Positions 26,207 to 37,506 of a DNA stretch of 64,000 nucleotides are shown piece by piece (the stretch's first letter is position 1; each line of letters begins with the position of its first letter). The stretch lies in sequence record PP895363.1; one strand, given 5' to 3'. The DNA is from Klebsiella phage FKP3. The notes beneath the pieces are model-generated. The model was not told the origin of the DNA. It ran no database searches and worked only from the letters and a program-made list of their open reading frames with translations. The position numbers and the translations under genes were made by a program.

Positions 26207-26488
26207 TTACTGATAATTTGCGGTTGTTCGTACATACTCCTCCGCCTCTTCCTGAGATGTTACAGAAGTATCTTCGATATTGATGTTCTCAAAGAATTGG
26301 TATGTTTCTCCACCGTCAGCACTCACCATTACCACAGCGGTTTTCGTTGATGTATCCCCTGGTCCGAATACTGTCAACACGCTTGAAACTTTGAACGTCA
26401 GACTTATCTCTACGCTCTCCGGGCTTAGCAGAATTCCAGAATCCGTAGTTCGTGTAACGGTAACAGTTCGATTAATAGAAAATGACAT
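26207..26488 (-). CDS. hypothetical protein, 93 aa
   Basis: ORF in structural operon. Confidence 0.45.
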   Translation of the reverse strand: MSFSINRTVTVTRTTDSGILLSPESVEISLTFKVSSVLTVFGPGDTSTKTAVVMVSADGGETYQFFENINIEDTSVTSQEEAEEYVRTTANYQ

Positions 26489-26499
26489 TTTAACTCTCC

Positions 26500-28890
26500 T
26501 TATAGATCGGCAAACATTACAAAACTGAACTGGATCTCTCCAGTAAGCGACAGCGGGTTAATGTATGCCCCGGTTGCTGCATTAAAGAAAACAATACCTA
26601 CAATTGTACCTGTGTTATCAGTTTGTATAGATACGTTAACTGCCGTCCCGGTAGTATTTCGGTTAATAGAGGGCATTCCAACGAACGAGAATTTTTTACC
26701 CCCACCAAAAATTAGGCTGATGCCGGAGTTCTGGGTGGTAGCAGAGATTGCAGAGTTTCCACTACCGACTGAAACAGGCGTTGTGTCTAAGACGGCTGTA
26801 CTGACTGAGTTATCATACAGACCCCCAATCCCAAATCTTGGCGCGTTACCTGAAGCGTAAGACACTAAATTCTGGAATGTAAAACCTGACGCACCATTGA
26901 ACGCGAATTTAAATTTCAGAGCCTGTAATTTTAGCGTTGAACTTCTGGTCGTATTATTCAGCAGCAAGGAAACAATTGGGCTAACATTACTATATGTCTG
27001 GTTTGATACTATGCCTGGATGTGCGACAAGATTTCCATCGACTGAACCATCCTGACCTTCTGTGACCCCAGAAAAACGCCCATTGATAAAGGTCTTACCG
27101 TTAGAGCTAGTAAAAATTTTCTGTCCACCAGAAGATGGAGCGAGTGACCATCCGTCAAAGTTAATGAACGCACCGTAGTTATAAATCGAGTAATTAGTGG
27201 CCCACTCGAAACGACAAGCGCGCGCATAAACGTGAGTTTCACCCATCCCTGAGACGTTAGCACTCATGTCTACGTACAGGTTAGAGCCATTGTGGTCGAG
27301 CAGGGTTTGGACGAGATGAATGTCCATTGAGTCCGCCGGAGCACCCTTCACGTAAATACCATACCCACAGTTAAAAATTTTGCTCTGCGATACTGTACTG
27401 AATACGCCAGTGGCCAGGTAGGAGGTGTTGGCGTTATCTACAATGATACCGTACCCGTTGCCGAGATAGTTCCAGATGTAGGTGTTCCGTAAATGCACGT
27501 CGAACGTGGTATTTTTTATCATAATACCATCACCGGACACTTTCCCCGCACCAGCTAAGTTTGTACCATCAATTAGCGTAGTATCGAAGATAACGTTGCT
27601 GAGCATAGTGTTAGCTGAATCTGGGTCCCACAGGTTAAAGTGGCACTGCTTAAACCACAGGCCTTTAAACTCCTGGCTAATAACTGCGTTCGCACCGGCA
27701 CGCAGGTAAACGGTAGCGCCAAGTAATCCACGCGTGCGTCCAGCCCCAACGAGAGATACCCCCGGCTTCACGTAAATAGTTCCACATGCATAAAATCCAG
27801 ATGATTGCGGAAATTTTACGCTTGCCAGACCAGCACTTGCTGCGGCGTCAATGGCTTTCTGAATAGCCGTTGTATTTGTTGCGGTATTAGTAGTGTTTGA
27901 ATCTCCAATTGCGCCGAACCAGGTTACATCGAAATCGACGACACCAACCCGCTGCCAGTACCACGTGGATGAGCCAGTCGGTACGCAGATAGTACCTCCG
28001 TCATCTGTCGCTGTACCAGCACGAGCCACGAACTCACCTCCGCCAGTAGTGCCATTGGCATAGTAGGATGCCAGCAAAATGCGTTGACCAGCACTATCAG
28101 GAATGATGTTTTTTAGAGCTGCATAACTGGCAACCTGCCCGATGTATTTAAAGCCTTCGCCTGAACCCAGTTTTTGCTGTTTGACTGTCTTATCTAACTC
28201 GTCTTGGACAGTTTCCCCAGAACTAGTACCTATAATATTTGCAGCAGTATTCGCAGCCAGCCCTATATAAGTTACATAGTTAGTATCAGGATTACCTTCC
28301 TCAACTTTACCAATATAGCAAAATAATATATCTGGAACCTCTGCATCCGGCTCTGGTACAAGCGCTGGTGTAAAGCTAATGGTATTATTAGCAATTGTAT
28401 AATCTTTACCTGGTACTAATACTGCGCTATTATATGTAACAATAGCAGTATCAAATTCATACGGAGGAACAATAGAACTTGTTACTTGAGTAATCTCTGT
28501 TGACCAAGGGTGTACTTGTGCCGGAATTGATTGCGTAGCAGTCTGGTATAATCTCCAATTATCATCATCTGAAGGTGTACTTCCCATAGCTATAGGGTTA
28601 TCTAGAGTAGCTTGAGGAGCATAATACCATCCAGAAGTTGCCAGAGTACCGTCAAAGTAGTATAACTGATTAAAAACAGTAGATGATTCTCCTTCTACCC
28701 AGTTAATAGGTGTCTTAAAATAAAAATTATCTACGAGAGCTTTACGTAGAGTAGGAATGTCTCCATTCTCTGTTTCTACTGTTGTCAACGCATCCCCATT
28801 AATGACATCATGCAATTGGTTAGATGCAAAAATTGTTAACTCAACTGCTTGAGTAAACGTTGTTGCCGGGTAGACAGGATAAGTAGCCAT
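26500..28890 (-). CDS. tail fiber / tailspike protein with beta-helix-like repeats
   Basis: 796 aa; repetitive G/N/T/S-rich segments typical of pectate-lyase-fold spikes. Confidence 0.55.
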   Translation of the reverse strand: MATYPVYPATTFTQAVELTIFASNQLHDVINGDALTTVETENGDIPTLRKALVDNFYFKTPINWVEGESSTVFNQLYYFDGTLATSGWYYAPQATLDNPIAMGSTPSDDDNWRLYQTATQSIPAQVHPWSTEITQVTSSIVPPYEFDTAIVTYNSAVLVPGKDYTIANNTISFTPALVPEPDAEVPDILFCYIGKVEEGNPDTNYVTYIGLAANTAANIIGTSSGETVQDELDKTVKQQKLGSGEGFKYIGQVASYAALKNIIPDSAGQRILLASYYANGTTGGGEFVARAGTATDDGGTICVPTGSSTWYWQRVGVVDFDVTWFGAIGDSNTTNTATNTTAIQKAIDAAASAGLASVKFPQSSGFYACGTIYVKPGVSLVGAGRTRGLLGATVYLRAGANAVISQEFKGLWFKQCHFNLWDPDSANTMLSNVIFDTTLIDGTNLAGAGKVSGDGIMIKNTTFDVHLRNTYIWNYLGNGYGIIVDNANTSYLATGVFSTVSQSKIFNCGYGIYVKGAPADSMDIHLVQTLLDHNGSNLYVDMSANVSGMGETHVYARACRFEWATNYSIYNYGAFINFDGWSLAPSSGGQKIFTSSNGKTFINGRFSGVTEGQDGSVDGNLVAHPGIVSNQTYSNVSPIVSLLLNNTTRSSTLKLQALKFKFAFNGASGFTFQNLVSYASGNAPRFGIGGLYDNSVSTAVLDTTPVSVGSGNSAISATTQNSGISLIFGGGKKFSFVGMPSINRNTTGTAVNVSIQTDNTGTIVGIVFFNAATGAYINPLSLTGEIQFSFVMFADL

Positions 28891-29234
28891 TAGTCATCCT
28901 TCTTAGTTATTTGTGTTTTCTTGTACAGATCTTCTAACATTACTTGAATAGTAGCATTTTTTAGATCCATAATTTTTTCAATTTTTTGTTCTAGGGCATT
29001 ATTATTGGCAAGTAATGTTGTATTAATTTGGTTTAACATTTGAGCCATTTCAGCTTTTGTAGCATAAGTAGATTCAACAAAAACAAGTTTCTTTTCTAAA
29101 TCACGATATTGTGTGCTTAGATCTGTAACTTCTTTTTCCATACCATCCATTTTCTGTTTAAAAAACATTCCAATAAAACCTATTAAAGGGATTATGGCTT
29201 CCTTTGCCACACTCCAAAGATCTGCTAACTCCAT
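28890..29234 (-). CDS. hypothetical protein with N-terminal TM segment and coiled coil
   Basis: 114 aa ORF. Confidence 0.45.
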   Translation of the reverse strand: MELADLWSVAKEAIIPLIGFIGMFFKQKMDGMEKEVTDLSTQYRDLEKKLVFVESTYATKAEMAQMLNQINTTLLANNNALEQKIEKIMDLKNATIQVMLEDLYKKTQITKKDD

Positions 29235-29252
29235 AAATAATCCTTAATTATT

Positions 29253-29726
29253 TTATTCTTCTAGAACAGGAAGATCTCCAGCCCCATCTGTTTTTAAATA
29301 TGCACGTAATGCAACTCTATAATCTGCTGCTTTACTCTTAAGATCTAAAACTTCTTCTTCTGTGTATGTACTGAAGTCTTTATCTTCTAGTACGTATTGA
29401 TATTCAGAAATTTGGGTAGAGATAGCTTCATATTGTTTTTGAGCTTTCAGTAAGCGAATAGAGCTTTTTTCTTTCTGTTCGGCTTCCACTTGCTCAGCCG
29501 TTTGAATCCAAGCTTTAGTTTCTGTATCAAAGGTATGGAATGCGCTAGGTCGCTGTACATCTGAGGAAGTTAATGCATCACCTTCTACATAAAGATAAAA
29601 TCCAGAGTTTATCTTATCTAAGCCACTTAACCATTGATCATTAGTTATAATGATTACATCTTCTGGTAATGAGGGGTATACTAAACTCTCATCATAAAAA
29701 GCTTGTGTTTTTTCGCTAAATAACAT
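29253..29726 (-). CDS. putative tail fiber assembly/chaperone protein
   Basis: 157 aa, position between fiber genes. Confidence 0.4.
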   Translation of the reverse strand: MLFSEKTQAFYDESLVYPSLPEDVIIITNDQWLSGLDKINSGFYLYVEGDALTSSDVQRPSAFHTFDTETKAWIQTAEQVEAEQKEKSSIRLLKAQKQYEAISTQISEYQYVLEDKDFSTYTEEEVLDLKSKAADYRVALRAYLKTDGAGDLPVLEE

Positions 29727-29727
29727 A

Positions 29728-30768
29728 TTATCTCCCTATTGCAATCCAATAGCACGGCTGTGCAATACTAAAATCTTGTCCAGAGTTGCTATCACCAACT
29801 AAACTAAAACCAGTTGTTGTTCCCTTTACGCAAGCTAGCACTGTAATATTCCCTGTGGAAGTATTCATTTGACTAAGTTTAGGATTAGCACTAATAGAAT
29901 ATACAGCATTAGGGAAGGTAATAGGGAAAGTAACGCCAACGCTTGTTTGAGCATCACCAGATGTAGTAGGTAAGGTTGCAGTTCCCCATTGGATAATAGT
30001 TCCAGTATTTACATCTTTCCAATAGCCATTAGCTGCAAATGACGCAGTACTTTTAGAGTCAATATACGATCTTAGTGTGCTATTTAATGTGCTAATGTTA
30101 CTGCTGATTTGGCTATCTACATAATCCTTTCGCGTAAGATCTGCACTATTCGTACCCTGGGTGCTTATTGAACGAGGGGAGGTTAGTTCAACTCTTCCAT
30201 CATATAAAATAACTTCAGCGGTTTTTGCAGTTGAAGTCCCTTTGTAAACAGTAATAACGCCCGCTGAACGATCCCAAGCGAAAGAACCTTTTTGCACATT
30301 ACTATTTGCTTGGTCATATATACGATAATCAAAATTCTGACCTGCGGGCGCATATCCATAAAAGTTCTGTAGTGCGCCAAACCCTCCTCCGCTATCCCTT
30401 TTAACTAGAGTATTCACTGTAGGATTAGATGTTGCAGCATTTAGAGTTGCAGATTGTAATACCACAGAAGTAGTGTTATTTCCTGTCCAAGTAGCTGTTC
30501 CTGTTATATCTCCAGTAAAGGATAACTGTGTTCCATTTTTTGGAAGATAAGTTAAAGGGATAGTATCAAGATATTCATCAGCCAGATATCTTACCCACTG
30601 CCCTGTATTATTAAAAAGCCAGTTAGTTTCTTCTGCTGTTAATAGCTGACCATAATCTACCCCAACTTCCCGGAGAACTTGCTTAGGTCGTACTTTATTT
30701 GTGTTTCCCGTAGAGGGCAATGTTGTGTCTGTTGTAGCCCAATCTGGATAAAATTCTGGTTTAGCCAC
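29728..30768 (-). CDS. tail fiber protein
   Basis: 346 aa, T/S/N/G-rich. Confidence 0.5.
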   Translation of the reverse strand: MAKPEFYPDWATTDTTLPSTGNTNKVRPKQVLREVGVDYGQLLTAEETNWLFNNTGQWVRYLADEYLDTIPLTYLPKNGTQLSFTGDITGTATWTGNNTTSVVLQSATLNAATSNPTVNTLVKRDSGGGFGALQNFYGYAPAGQNFDYRIYDQANSNVQKGSFAWDRSAGVITVYKGTSTAKTAEVILYDGRVELTSPRSISTQGTNSADLTRKDYVDSQISSNISTLNSTLRSYIDSKSTASFAANGYWKDVNTGTIIQWGTATLPTTSGDAQTSVGVTFPITFPNAVYSISANPKLSQMNTSTGNITVLACVKGTTTGFSLVGDSNSGQDFSIAQPCYWIAIGR

Positions 30769-30777
30769 ATATACTCC

Positions 30778-31404
30778 TTAAGGTATTTGAACTAACATAG
30801 TTGGCATTCTTCCCTCTGTCCCATTAGAGTTAACATACAGTGAACCAAAGCCTCCCAACCCATCTGGAGTATCTGTCTTTACTGTAGAATTAAAACCAAA
30901 AGAAATCCCTGTTTTGCCACCTAAACGATAACTGGATAGGATTGGGAAAATGTTTGTAAGCTCCTCTATAGCATTGTCAGAGTCTAAACAATAATTATAA
31001 AAGAATACATCCACAGATTTTTTTAGTCCAACATATGTGTTTATGTCTGTTTCTTGAGACCCAGTAAATCTTGAAAAAATATCGATAATGTCTGGTCTAG
31101 TCCCCGCAGAAGCTACTCTATAAGATCTTATTTTTAAAATAACTCTATATTCTTCGTCGGTTGACCCATTCCTTTCCACACCGAGTTCCTCACCTATCTC
31201 ATCTAAGTAAGCTCCTGTTGCCGTGGATATCAATCTATTTTTTGCAAGATAAATCATAGCCTGGTCTATTTTTTTCTTTTCATTTGTAATAATATACAAG
31301 AGTTTTACAATATTTACAGAAGATTTGAAGTCCTCTATAAGAAGACTTCGTACATCCTCATTAATAGTGTCCCACTCTGTTACATGGTCAACACTAACTG
31401 TCAT
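30778..31404 (-). CDS. baseplate protein
   Basis: position, 208 aa. Confidence 0.45.
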   Translation of the reverse strand: MTVSVDHVTEWDTINEDVRSLLIEDFKSSVNIVKLLYIITNEKKKIDQAMIYLAKNRLISTATGAYLDEIGEELGVERNGSTDEEYRVILKIRSYRVASAGTRPDIIDIFSRFTGSQETDINTYVGLKKSVDVFFYNYCLDSDNAIEELTNIFPILSSYRLGGKTGISFGFNSTVKTDTPDGLGGFGSLYVNSNGTEGRMPTMLVQIP

Positions 31405-31407
31405 ATG

Positions 31408-32892
31408 TTAATCTCCTACAACATATGCTATGTTATCAGTATCAATTGCAGGCAGCTCATTGTAATCTGGAGTTAAATCTGTTTCTGCAAAAGATGAGTC
31501 TGGTTCACTACTTAGTTTAACATAAACACGTAGAGAAGTCAAGCGCCCGAAATCTAAGGCAGAATAAATAACCCCTTTTATTTGATCATTTGTAACTAAA
31601 GAACCTATTTCAAAGTACGCTTGTAGATTTTTAAGAGCTGTGATAATATTGCTTTGTTCGGTAATGCTTAGTTGTCTACCGTTCGCAGACGTATAAACAA
31701 TACGTACATTATAAGTTACGGTAGAGCCTCTACTAAATTTGATAACCTCTAGACCATTATCTTCGGTTGTAACTGTGACTGCTGTGCTTCCATAAGTTAA
31801 TGTGTTAATTGGTTTAGACTCATATAATGCTTGTGCAATTTCTGAATCTTGTCCACCATATACAATTGTTTGGAAACTACATGCTGGAGCATACGCTTCA
31901 TCTATAAGTGTAGGATTGTCATAAATCTTAACTTTAGAGACACCATTTAAATTTAACAAAGCTCTTAGGATAGCTGGACGGGTAGCTGCACTTGCTTCAT
32001 CTAAGTTGTCATTAAAACGTGACCTATATTCAGCATCTGTTTCAATATCTGTACCAGATGAAAATTCAGTGAAGTTACCAGCTTCCACGTAACCGTTGAA
32101 GGTCGAAGAGATAGAACTAATACCTTGTACTCCAAGTGGATTATATCCAGCTTGGTCTGCAATAACCGGGATTAAGCTCCACTTAAAACCTACATCCTGA
32201 GAGGCGTAAAATTTAATACTCGTAGATAGTCCTACAGGGTTAGTATAATCTGAGCTTTTAAACCCAACATATACAGTATTACTTGCAACAGAAACTAAAG
32301 CTTGATCTGAATCCTGCACATTAGCAATGATAAAATCTCTAAGATCTGTTAGAAATGTAGATGAGCTTGTTGTTAATGTTATAGAATTTAAATCATCTGC
32401 TGAAGTTTTTTGTGCATAAAAAGTAATGCTGTTTGCTACATTAGTAGCCTGTGTTTTAGAAACACTAAAAGCTGCAATCATACTTTTTAATTCAGTATCT
32501 GTACTAACAGTATAATCTAAGCTATTAGTTGCTGCAAAAGAAACAGATGTGTCTACTAGGTAATCCCAAGGTGCTCTTTTATCTGTTTTAATATAAGCAT
32601 AACCACTTCCTGTGGTAGCTCCTTTTCTATAGAAGCCACGTTTAGAAAAGATTTCATCAAGATAGACACCCTCTGCCCCATCTAGTGTTTGGGTGTTATA
32701 TACCCCTTGCATTCCTTCCCAAAGAGTATAGTCTGTATATGCAATAATACGGAATAATTGTCCGAACACGGTATCTTCAGACGTGGCTGTATCCGCACCA
32801 AATGTATTTTTTAAAGCTGTTAGATAATTATCCAATACTTCATCGTAAGTAGGGATTACAAACCCTGCGTCTGTTAAACCGTAATCACTCAT
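31408..32892 (-). CDS. baseplate J-like protein
   Basis: 494 aa, gene order in baseplate module. Confidence 0.5.
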   Translation of the reverse strand: MSDYGLTDAGFVIPTYDEVLDNYLTALKNTFGADTATSEDTVFGQLFRIIAYTDYTLWEGMQGVYNTQTLDGAEGVYLDEIFSKRGFYRKGATTGSGYAYIKTDKRAPWDYLVDTSVSFAATNSLDYTVSTDTELKSMIAAFSVSKTQATNVANSITFYAQKTSADDLNSITLTTSSSTFLTDLRDFIIANVQDSDQALVSVASNTVYVGFKSSDYTNPVGLSTSIKFYASQDVGFKWSLIPVIADQAGYNPLGVQGISSISSTFNGYVEAGNFTEFSSGTDIETDAEYRSRFNDNLDEASAATRPAILRALLNLNGVSKVKIYDNPTLIDEAYAPACSFQTIVYGGQDSEIAQALYESKPINTLTYGSTAVTVTTEDNGLEVIKFSRGSTVTYNVRIVYTSANGRQLSITEQSNIITALKNLQAYFEIGSLVTNDQIKGVIYSALDFGRLTSLRVYVKLSSEPDSSFAETDLTPDYNELPAIDTDNIAYVVGD

Positions 32893-33139
32893 TCTTTTCC
32901 TCTTCTTTTTTAGGGGGCGGTGTTCTGCCCCAACGTAAATCTATCAAATTATTCATTAGTCGAGAGGGTGTAACCATGAAAACATACACCCAACCCATCC
33001 ATTCAGGAATTTCTTTTTCGATACCTAAGTAAATAAACATAGCAGTCATTGTTAAAAACCCCACTGCGTTCCAGAATTTTGTGGAACTAATTCTTCCTGT
33101 ATGGATATTTCCTAGTAATCCTTTTATAAAATTTTTCAT
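32885..33139 (-). CDS. small membrane protein, 84 aa
   Basis: One TM segment, basic C-terminus. Confidence 0.4.
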   Translation of the reverse strand: MKNFIKGLLGNIHTGRISSTKFWNAVGFLTMTAMFIYLGIEKEIPEWMGWVYVFMVTPSRLMNNLIDLRWGRTPPPKKEEEKNE

Positions 33140-33175
33140 AGAACCTTTTAAAAATTTATTTTATTGATTAATTAC

Positions 33176-35173
33176 TTAAATTTGGACAGCTTTTGTAGCT
33201 CCTGTCATAATAAATTTATAGGGTTTACCAGCACTCATTGAAATATTTGCTCCGGTTGTCGTGATTAGTAGACTACTATTATATACTAAGGTACTGCCAG
33301 AGACATTACTAATAATTGTAATTTCCTCCCCTACTAATCCATTTATTTGAGTTACAGATGTTGCTGAAGTTAAGAATATAACTCTACGCCCGTAAGAATC
33401 AATGACAGGATTACTGGTATTTTGATATATTTGACCATATTGTTGTACTGTATTATTTGCATCCCCTGAGACCAGCTTATAAATCACATCCCCTGCTGTT
33501 TGCGTAATTTTACCTACTGTTGAACCAGTACCTGCAAAGAATAGAACAGCTCCTGCTGATTTGGTTCCTGAGCCTACAATAATATGTAAAGATTCTATAT
33601 TACAAGAAGTACCAATATTTAGTAGTCCAGTACTACTAGTTACAACAGATCCAGAACTCGTATTATAAGTTGGTGAAACACGGACTTGACCTGAAAATTT
33701 AGTGTAATTATTTAATATAATAGAGTAATCTAAAGGTTCAGAACCATCTGTAACATGGCATCTATTAAAATAACATCCATTCAATTCCGCTTGACTATTC
33801 GTAGGAGAGACTCTACGATACCAGTGAACACCAGCTTGCGGGTATCCTGCATCATCAGCACCGCTAAACCAACTATGGTTCCATTTAGTAAATTGCCCAG
33901 CATCTTGTACAACATGCACGTTGGAAGCATTGTTACTAACGACCATACAACTGTTGAAATTAACTTTGGTGGCTTCTGGTTGTATCTTAATAACATTATG
34001 CGATGCGGCAGCTTGTCTATATGTTTCAATTTTACAAGACTGAAAAGAAACATGTTCACAAAAACCAACCTCCAGAGCATATGGAGAAAACTCAATATGC
34101 ATATGATTGATTTGCATATTATTAGTGTTATCTGTAGCGTTAGTGCCAATAAATACTGCTGGTGCTGACCCGGTCGGAGTAGAACAATATAAAAACCTAC
34201 AATTATTTATAAAACCATCCCAGACTTCATTAGCATACAAGGCTGTATTAAAGCCTCCTGCATATAATCCTTCGATACGGACATGAGTCCCAACAAAATT
34301 GATTGAATAACATACTCTAGCATCTCTATTGTCTGTAAAAGTATTATACCCCGTTGTACTAAAAAACTTCTGGGATGCACAGGCAATATTCTTTAAATTT
34401 AAACCTGATACCCGCGATGAAGCACTATCCGTGGTTGATGTTATTTTTATTAAAGGTTCTGTACTTAAACCATCATGGGTAAGCAAAAATGTGCCTGTGG
34501 TAGTAGAAGTACCGGGTGTACCTTCTAACTTAGGGTCTACCCCTTTGAATAAATAAAAAGAGCTGTAAATTATTCTTGGTGGAAGTTTAACTGTGCGTTG
34601 TCCTGCATTCCATGCTACAATTTGTTCTAATATATTTTTGTTTATAAGTGCTGCACTAGCAGCTTGTTCTGGAAAGCTAGAACCTGCGGAAGGATCTAAA
34701 CTAGGTATTCCTAGACCGTATTGTATTGCTTCTATACTTAATCCAACATCTAAGCACCAAGCTCCTGATATCCCGCTTGGGTCTGATAATGGTGCAATGA
34801 ATAATCTAGGATATGTAGAAACTAAAGAAGACATATTAGAGGCATCAAAGTACCACTCCCCAGCACCACCGTCATTTTCTGAGAAAGCTCCTTTTGTATA
34901 CGCTCGATCACCAGAAGATGCTTTTAGAGTAGCAAGATCTGCTATAGAGTTTACTTGAGGAATAAGCAAATCAGATAAAAGTTTATTGTAAGATGTCCCT
35001 ACTTTACTAGCCCCTGTCTCCGATAATAAGGCACCATCTGATATAAATTTATAATTTTCAGCTAAATCTAAAACTGTTATTTTCTTTGTGTTATCTGCTT
35101 GGTCTAAGATAAGTAGATCTGTATCTTCAATAGATGTTGCAGAAGGAAGACTTGCTATTTTAATTGTTGCCAT
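33176..35173 (-). CDS. tail fiber / tailspike protein (beta-helix-like)
   Basis: 665 aa. Confidence 0.5.
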   Translation of the reverse strand: MATIKIASLPSATSIEDTDLLILDQADNTKKITVLDLAENYKFISDGALLSETGASKVGTSYNKLLSDLLIPQVNSIADLATLKASSGDRAYTKGAFSENDGGAGEWYFDASNMSSLVSTYPRLFIAPLSDPSGISGAWCLDVGLSIEAIQYGLGIPSLDPSAGSSFPEQAASAALINKNILEQIVAWNAGQRTVKLPPRIIYSSFYLFKGVDPKLEGTPGTSTTTGTFLLTHDGLSTEPLIKITSTTDSASSRVSGLNLKNIACASQKFFSTTGYNTFTDNRDARVCYSINFVGTHVRIEGLYAGGFNTALYANEVWDGFINNCRFLYCSTPTGSAPAVFIGTNATDNTNNMQINHMHIEFSPYALEVGFCEHVSFQSCKIETYRQAAASHNVIKIQPEATKVNFNSCMVVSNNASNVHVVQDAGQFTKWNHSWFSGADDAGYPQAGVHWYRRVSPTNSQAELNGCYFNRCHVTDGSEPLDYSIILNNYTKFSGQVRVSPTYNTSSGSVVTSSTGLLNIGTSCNIESLHIIVGSGTKSAGAVLFFAGTGSTVGKITQTAGDVIYKLVSGDANNTVQQYGQIYQNTSNPVIDSYGRRVIFLTSATSVTQINGLVGEEITIISNVSGSTLVYNSSLLITTTGANISMSAGKPYKFIMTGATKAVQI

Positions 35174-35789
35174 CTATATTAGCCCTTAATGTCATGTTAA
35201 GTTGGGTAACTATCTCTTCCCCTAACTGTGTAATTAATAAATATTGTTCTAAAGATATAAAATTAGCCCACTCATTCCACCAGGTGGAATATGTTTGATC
35301 CGGCAACCCATCGATGTTTATAAACTTATATAATCGGTTTGCATCTGGTATAGTACCAAAGAACGAACATGTAATTCGTGCATCATCGTCACTAACTTCA
35401 GGATAGATATATTCTTCAGAAGGTTGTGTAGAGAAAACAGTTGTAACATTGTCTTCACCAACTGCAACGTTAGCTACCATAGTATAGTAACGTTCATCTC
35501 TATCAAAGCTAGAAGTGTAGCTATTAATATTATCTACAAATCTGTTATTAGCAATCTGAGATAAGAATATTCTATCTACTGTTTCTTTTTTCCTAGCCAC
35601 ACCTATAATCTCTTGAAGATAAGGTGTACCAAAATTGGTGTTTAGGAACCACTCCCCTTTAAACGTTTTAAGAGTAATTCCTAAAGTTTGTGCTGCCATT
35701 TCAGTACGGGTAGTTGTGAGGGTGAGATCACCCTCTGCAATAATCAAATCATTTGTACTGTCCAGCTTAAGGTCAAAAGATACGCCCAT
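35160..35789 (-). CDS. baseplate protein
   Basis: 209 aa; order. Confidence 0.45.
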   Translation of the reverse strand: MGVSFDLKLDSTNDLIIAEGDLTLTTTRTEMAAQTLGITLKTFKGEWFLNTNFGTPYLQEIIGVARKKETVDRIFLSQIANNRFVDNINSYTSSFDRDERYYTMVANVAVGEDNVTTVFSTQPSEEYIYPEVSDDDARITCSFFGTIPDANRLYKFINIDGLPDQTYSTWWNEWANFISLEQYLLITQLGEEIVTQLNMTLRANIDGNN

Positions 35790-35790
35790 A

Positions 35791-36489
35791 TTATCCTCCT
35801 AAAGGAGCTGTAGAACTGCCACCAGACTCAACACCACCGTGGGTATGTCTATCTACGACACTACCATCTGCAAGCGTTAGAGTTCCATCTGGAGCTATTT
35901 TTAAGCCATTAATATTGAAAGTTCCATTAGAAAGAGTTAAACTTCCCGCGCTGTCTGCCAAAGTAATCTCAGAACCATTAATCTCTATCTTAAGTCCAGC
36001 GCTATTGTATATTGATATTGTATCCGTAGAATCAAATTCAGCATAAGTGTTCTTATTATTAGAAATTACTATCTTGTCAGAATCTACTGCATCTGTAGTA
36101 TCAGCGGCTGTGGCTATTTTTGGAATAAAACAAACAGGGTATAATCCACATGGTTGAATAAGTGTAGAAGTGCTGGTAGTTTCCCCTGTTGTTTGCAGTG
36201 CATTAGATGGGTCTCTTTCCGAGAAGATTACTGTTCCAATATCTCCAGCTTTTAAAGGAAACGATATACGGGCAGTACCTCCACCATTAATTGCAAACGG
36301 TACATCATGGAATGTTGGATATTCTATTTCATCTTCAGTACTACGCTTATTAGTTACCAAAGATTCTAAAGTCACTGTCTTAGCTCCATAATCTACCGCT
36401 GTTACTCTTACAGGTAGTGCTGTATGAACTTCTGCGATTTGTTCATTTATCAATCCTCGCATAGAAGTTACAATATTTAAAGAATCCAT
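35791..36489 (-). CDS. baseplate central spike (gpV/gp5-like OB-fold) protein
   Basis: 232 aa with Gly-rich C-terminus; position. Confidence 0.45.
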   Translation of the reverse strand: MDSLNIVTSMRGLINEQIAEVHTALPVRVTAVDYGAKTVTLESLVTNKRSTEDEIEYPTFHDVPFAINGGGTARISFPLKAGDIGTVIFSERDPSNALQTTGETTSTSTLIQPCGLYPVCFIPKIATAADTTDAVDSDKIVISNNKNTYAEFDSTDTISIYNSAGLKIEINGSEITLADSAGSLTLSNGTFNINGLKIAPDGTLTLADGSVVDRHTHGGVESGGSSTAPLGG

Positions 36490-36490
36490 A

Positions 36491-37492
36491 TTAACCTTTC
36501 TTAATTATCGAAGATACTGAAACGGATTCCACTTCTGTTGTCCAGTCTTTCCCTTCTTTATCCCCAGAATGTACGACAGAGACAACCTTAAAAGCTCCAT
36601 CATAATCGTGGCTTTTTAACCATATAGTTTTTTCAGGGAGGATTGCACCATTCATCTCACATTTAAATTTTACACCGTCAGTAGGTTTTTTTGATTTTTT
36701 ACTAGACTTTGTAACTTTTTTAGTTGGTTTAATATCATTATGGAAAGGCTCAGGGCTTCCGACTAAACCTGTTTCAGGAGAGATGTAAGCGCAACGAGCA
36801 CTTGACATTTGAGATCGAGGTGTAACATAAACTGACCCATCTTGAATAGATATATTATGATCTATTCCTCGGCAAATACTCTCTAAATAATGTGAGGTGT
36901 TACCGCACATAACTGTTGAAGATGACAATGTTTCTTCAGTATCTATGTGAATATTACCTTCAGTTGTACCTAAATCTTTTACAAGATCTCCTACAACTTT
37001 TTTAACTTTAGTTCCTTTTGGATAACTGCGGCTAGTTCTGGCTTCCGCTATATTTATCCCGCCATCTAAACAATGCAGAACCGTTCTTCGGTCTGTATTA
37101 TTGAAAGAATCACTAACCCATTGCACTGTTCCTTTAAAGATCATAGTTAATTCTTGACCTTCATATCCAACGGATAAGGCTACAGCCAAGTTGTTTCTAA
37201 TACTTCTGTTGATATAATTAACAGTATCGTCAGTTAAGTTATAGATTGTTATTTCAGCTTGGTTAGGATCTTTATTATTATCTTTACGAATATTAAAAGA
37301 TATTTGATATTCTGTTAATAAATAGAGGTTAGATGACGACTTGGTAGTGCTAGCCATTTTCGTATCTAAATCAACAGTAGAACTAAAAGAAGAATTCTTA
37401 GTCTTCTTTCTTTCTACGTTAGTTGCAGCACCAATTAATAATTTATACGCCCTGTTTAAATTAGGGGCTGGGGCTTTTACATAATCTGCCAC
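36491..37492 (-). CDS. baseplate hub / tail protein
   Basis: 333 aa. Confidence 0.45.
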   Translation of the reverse strand: MADYVKAPAPNLNRAYKLLIGAATNVERKKTKNSSFSSTVDLDTKMASTTKSSSNLYLLTEYQISFNIRKDNNKDPNQAEITIYNLTDDTVNYINRSIRNNLAVALSVGYEGQELTMIFKGTVQWVSDSFNNTDRRTVLHCLDGGINIAEARTSRSYPKGTKVKKVVGDLVKDLGTTEGNIHIDTEETLSSSTVMCGNTSHYLESICRGIDHNISIQDGSVYVTPRSQMSSARCAYISPETGLVGSPEPFHNDIKPTKKVTKSSKKSKKPTDGVKFKCEMNGAILPEKTIWLKSHDYDGAFKVVSVVHSGDKEGKDWTTEVESVSVSSIIKKG

Positions 37493-37506
37493 GTAACCTC
37501 CATATT

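Noticed and set aside
33755-34168. Antisense and overlapping ORFs inside large structural genes (33755-34168 +, 33781-34149 -, 30183-30380 -, 46659-46986, 47518-47760 +, 39609-39809 +, 40251-40439 +, 51594-51929 + and similar)
   Set aside because: They are fully nested in longer, better-supported ORFs on the operon strand.
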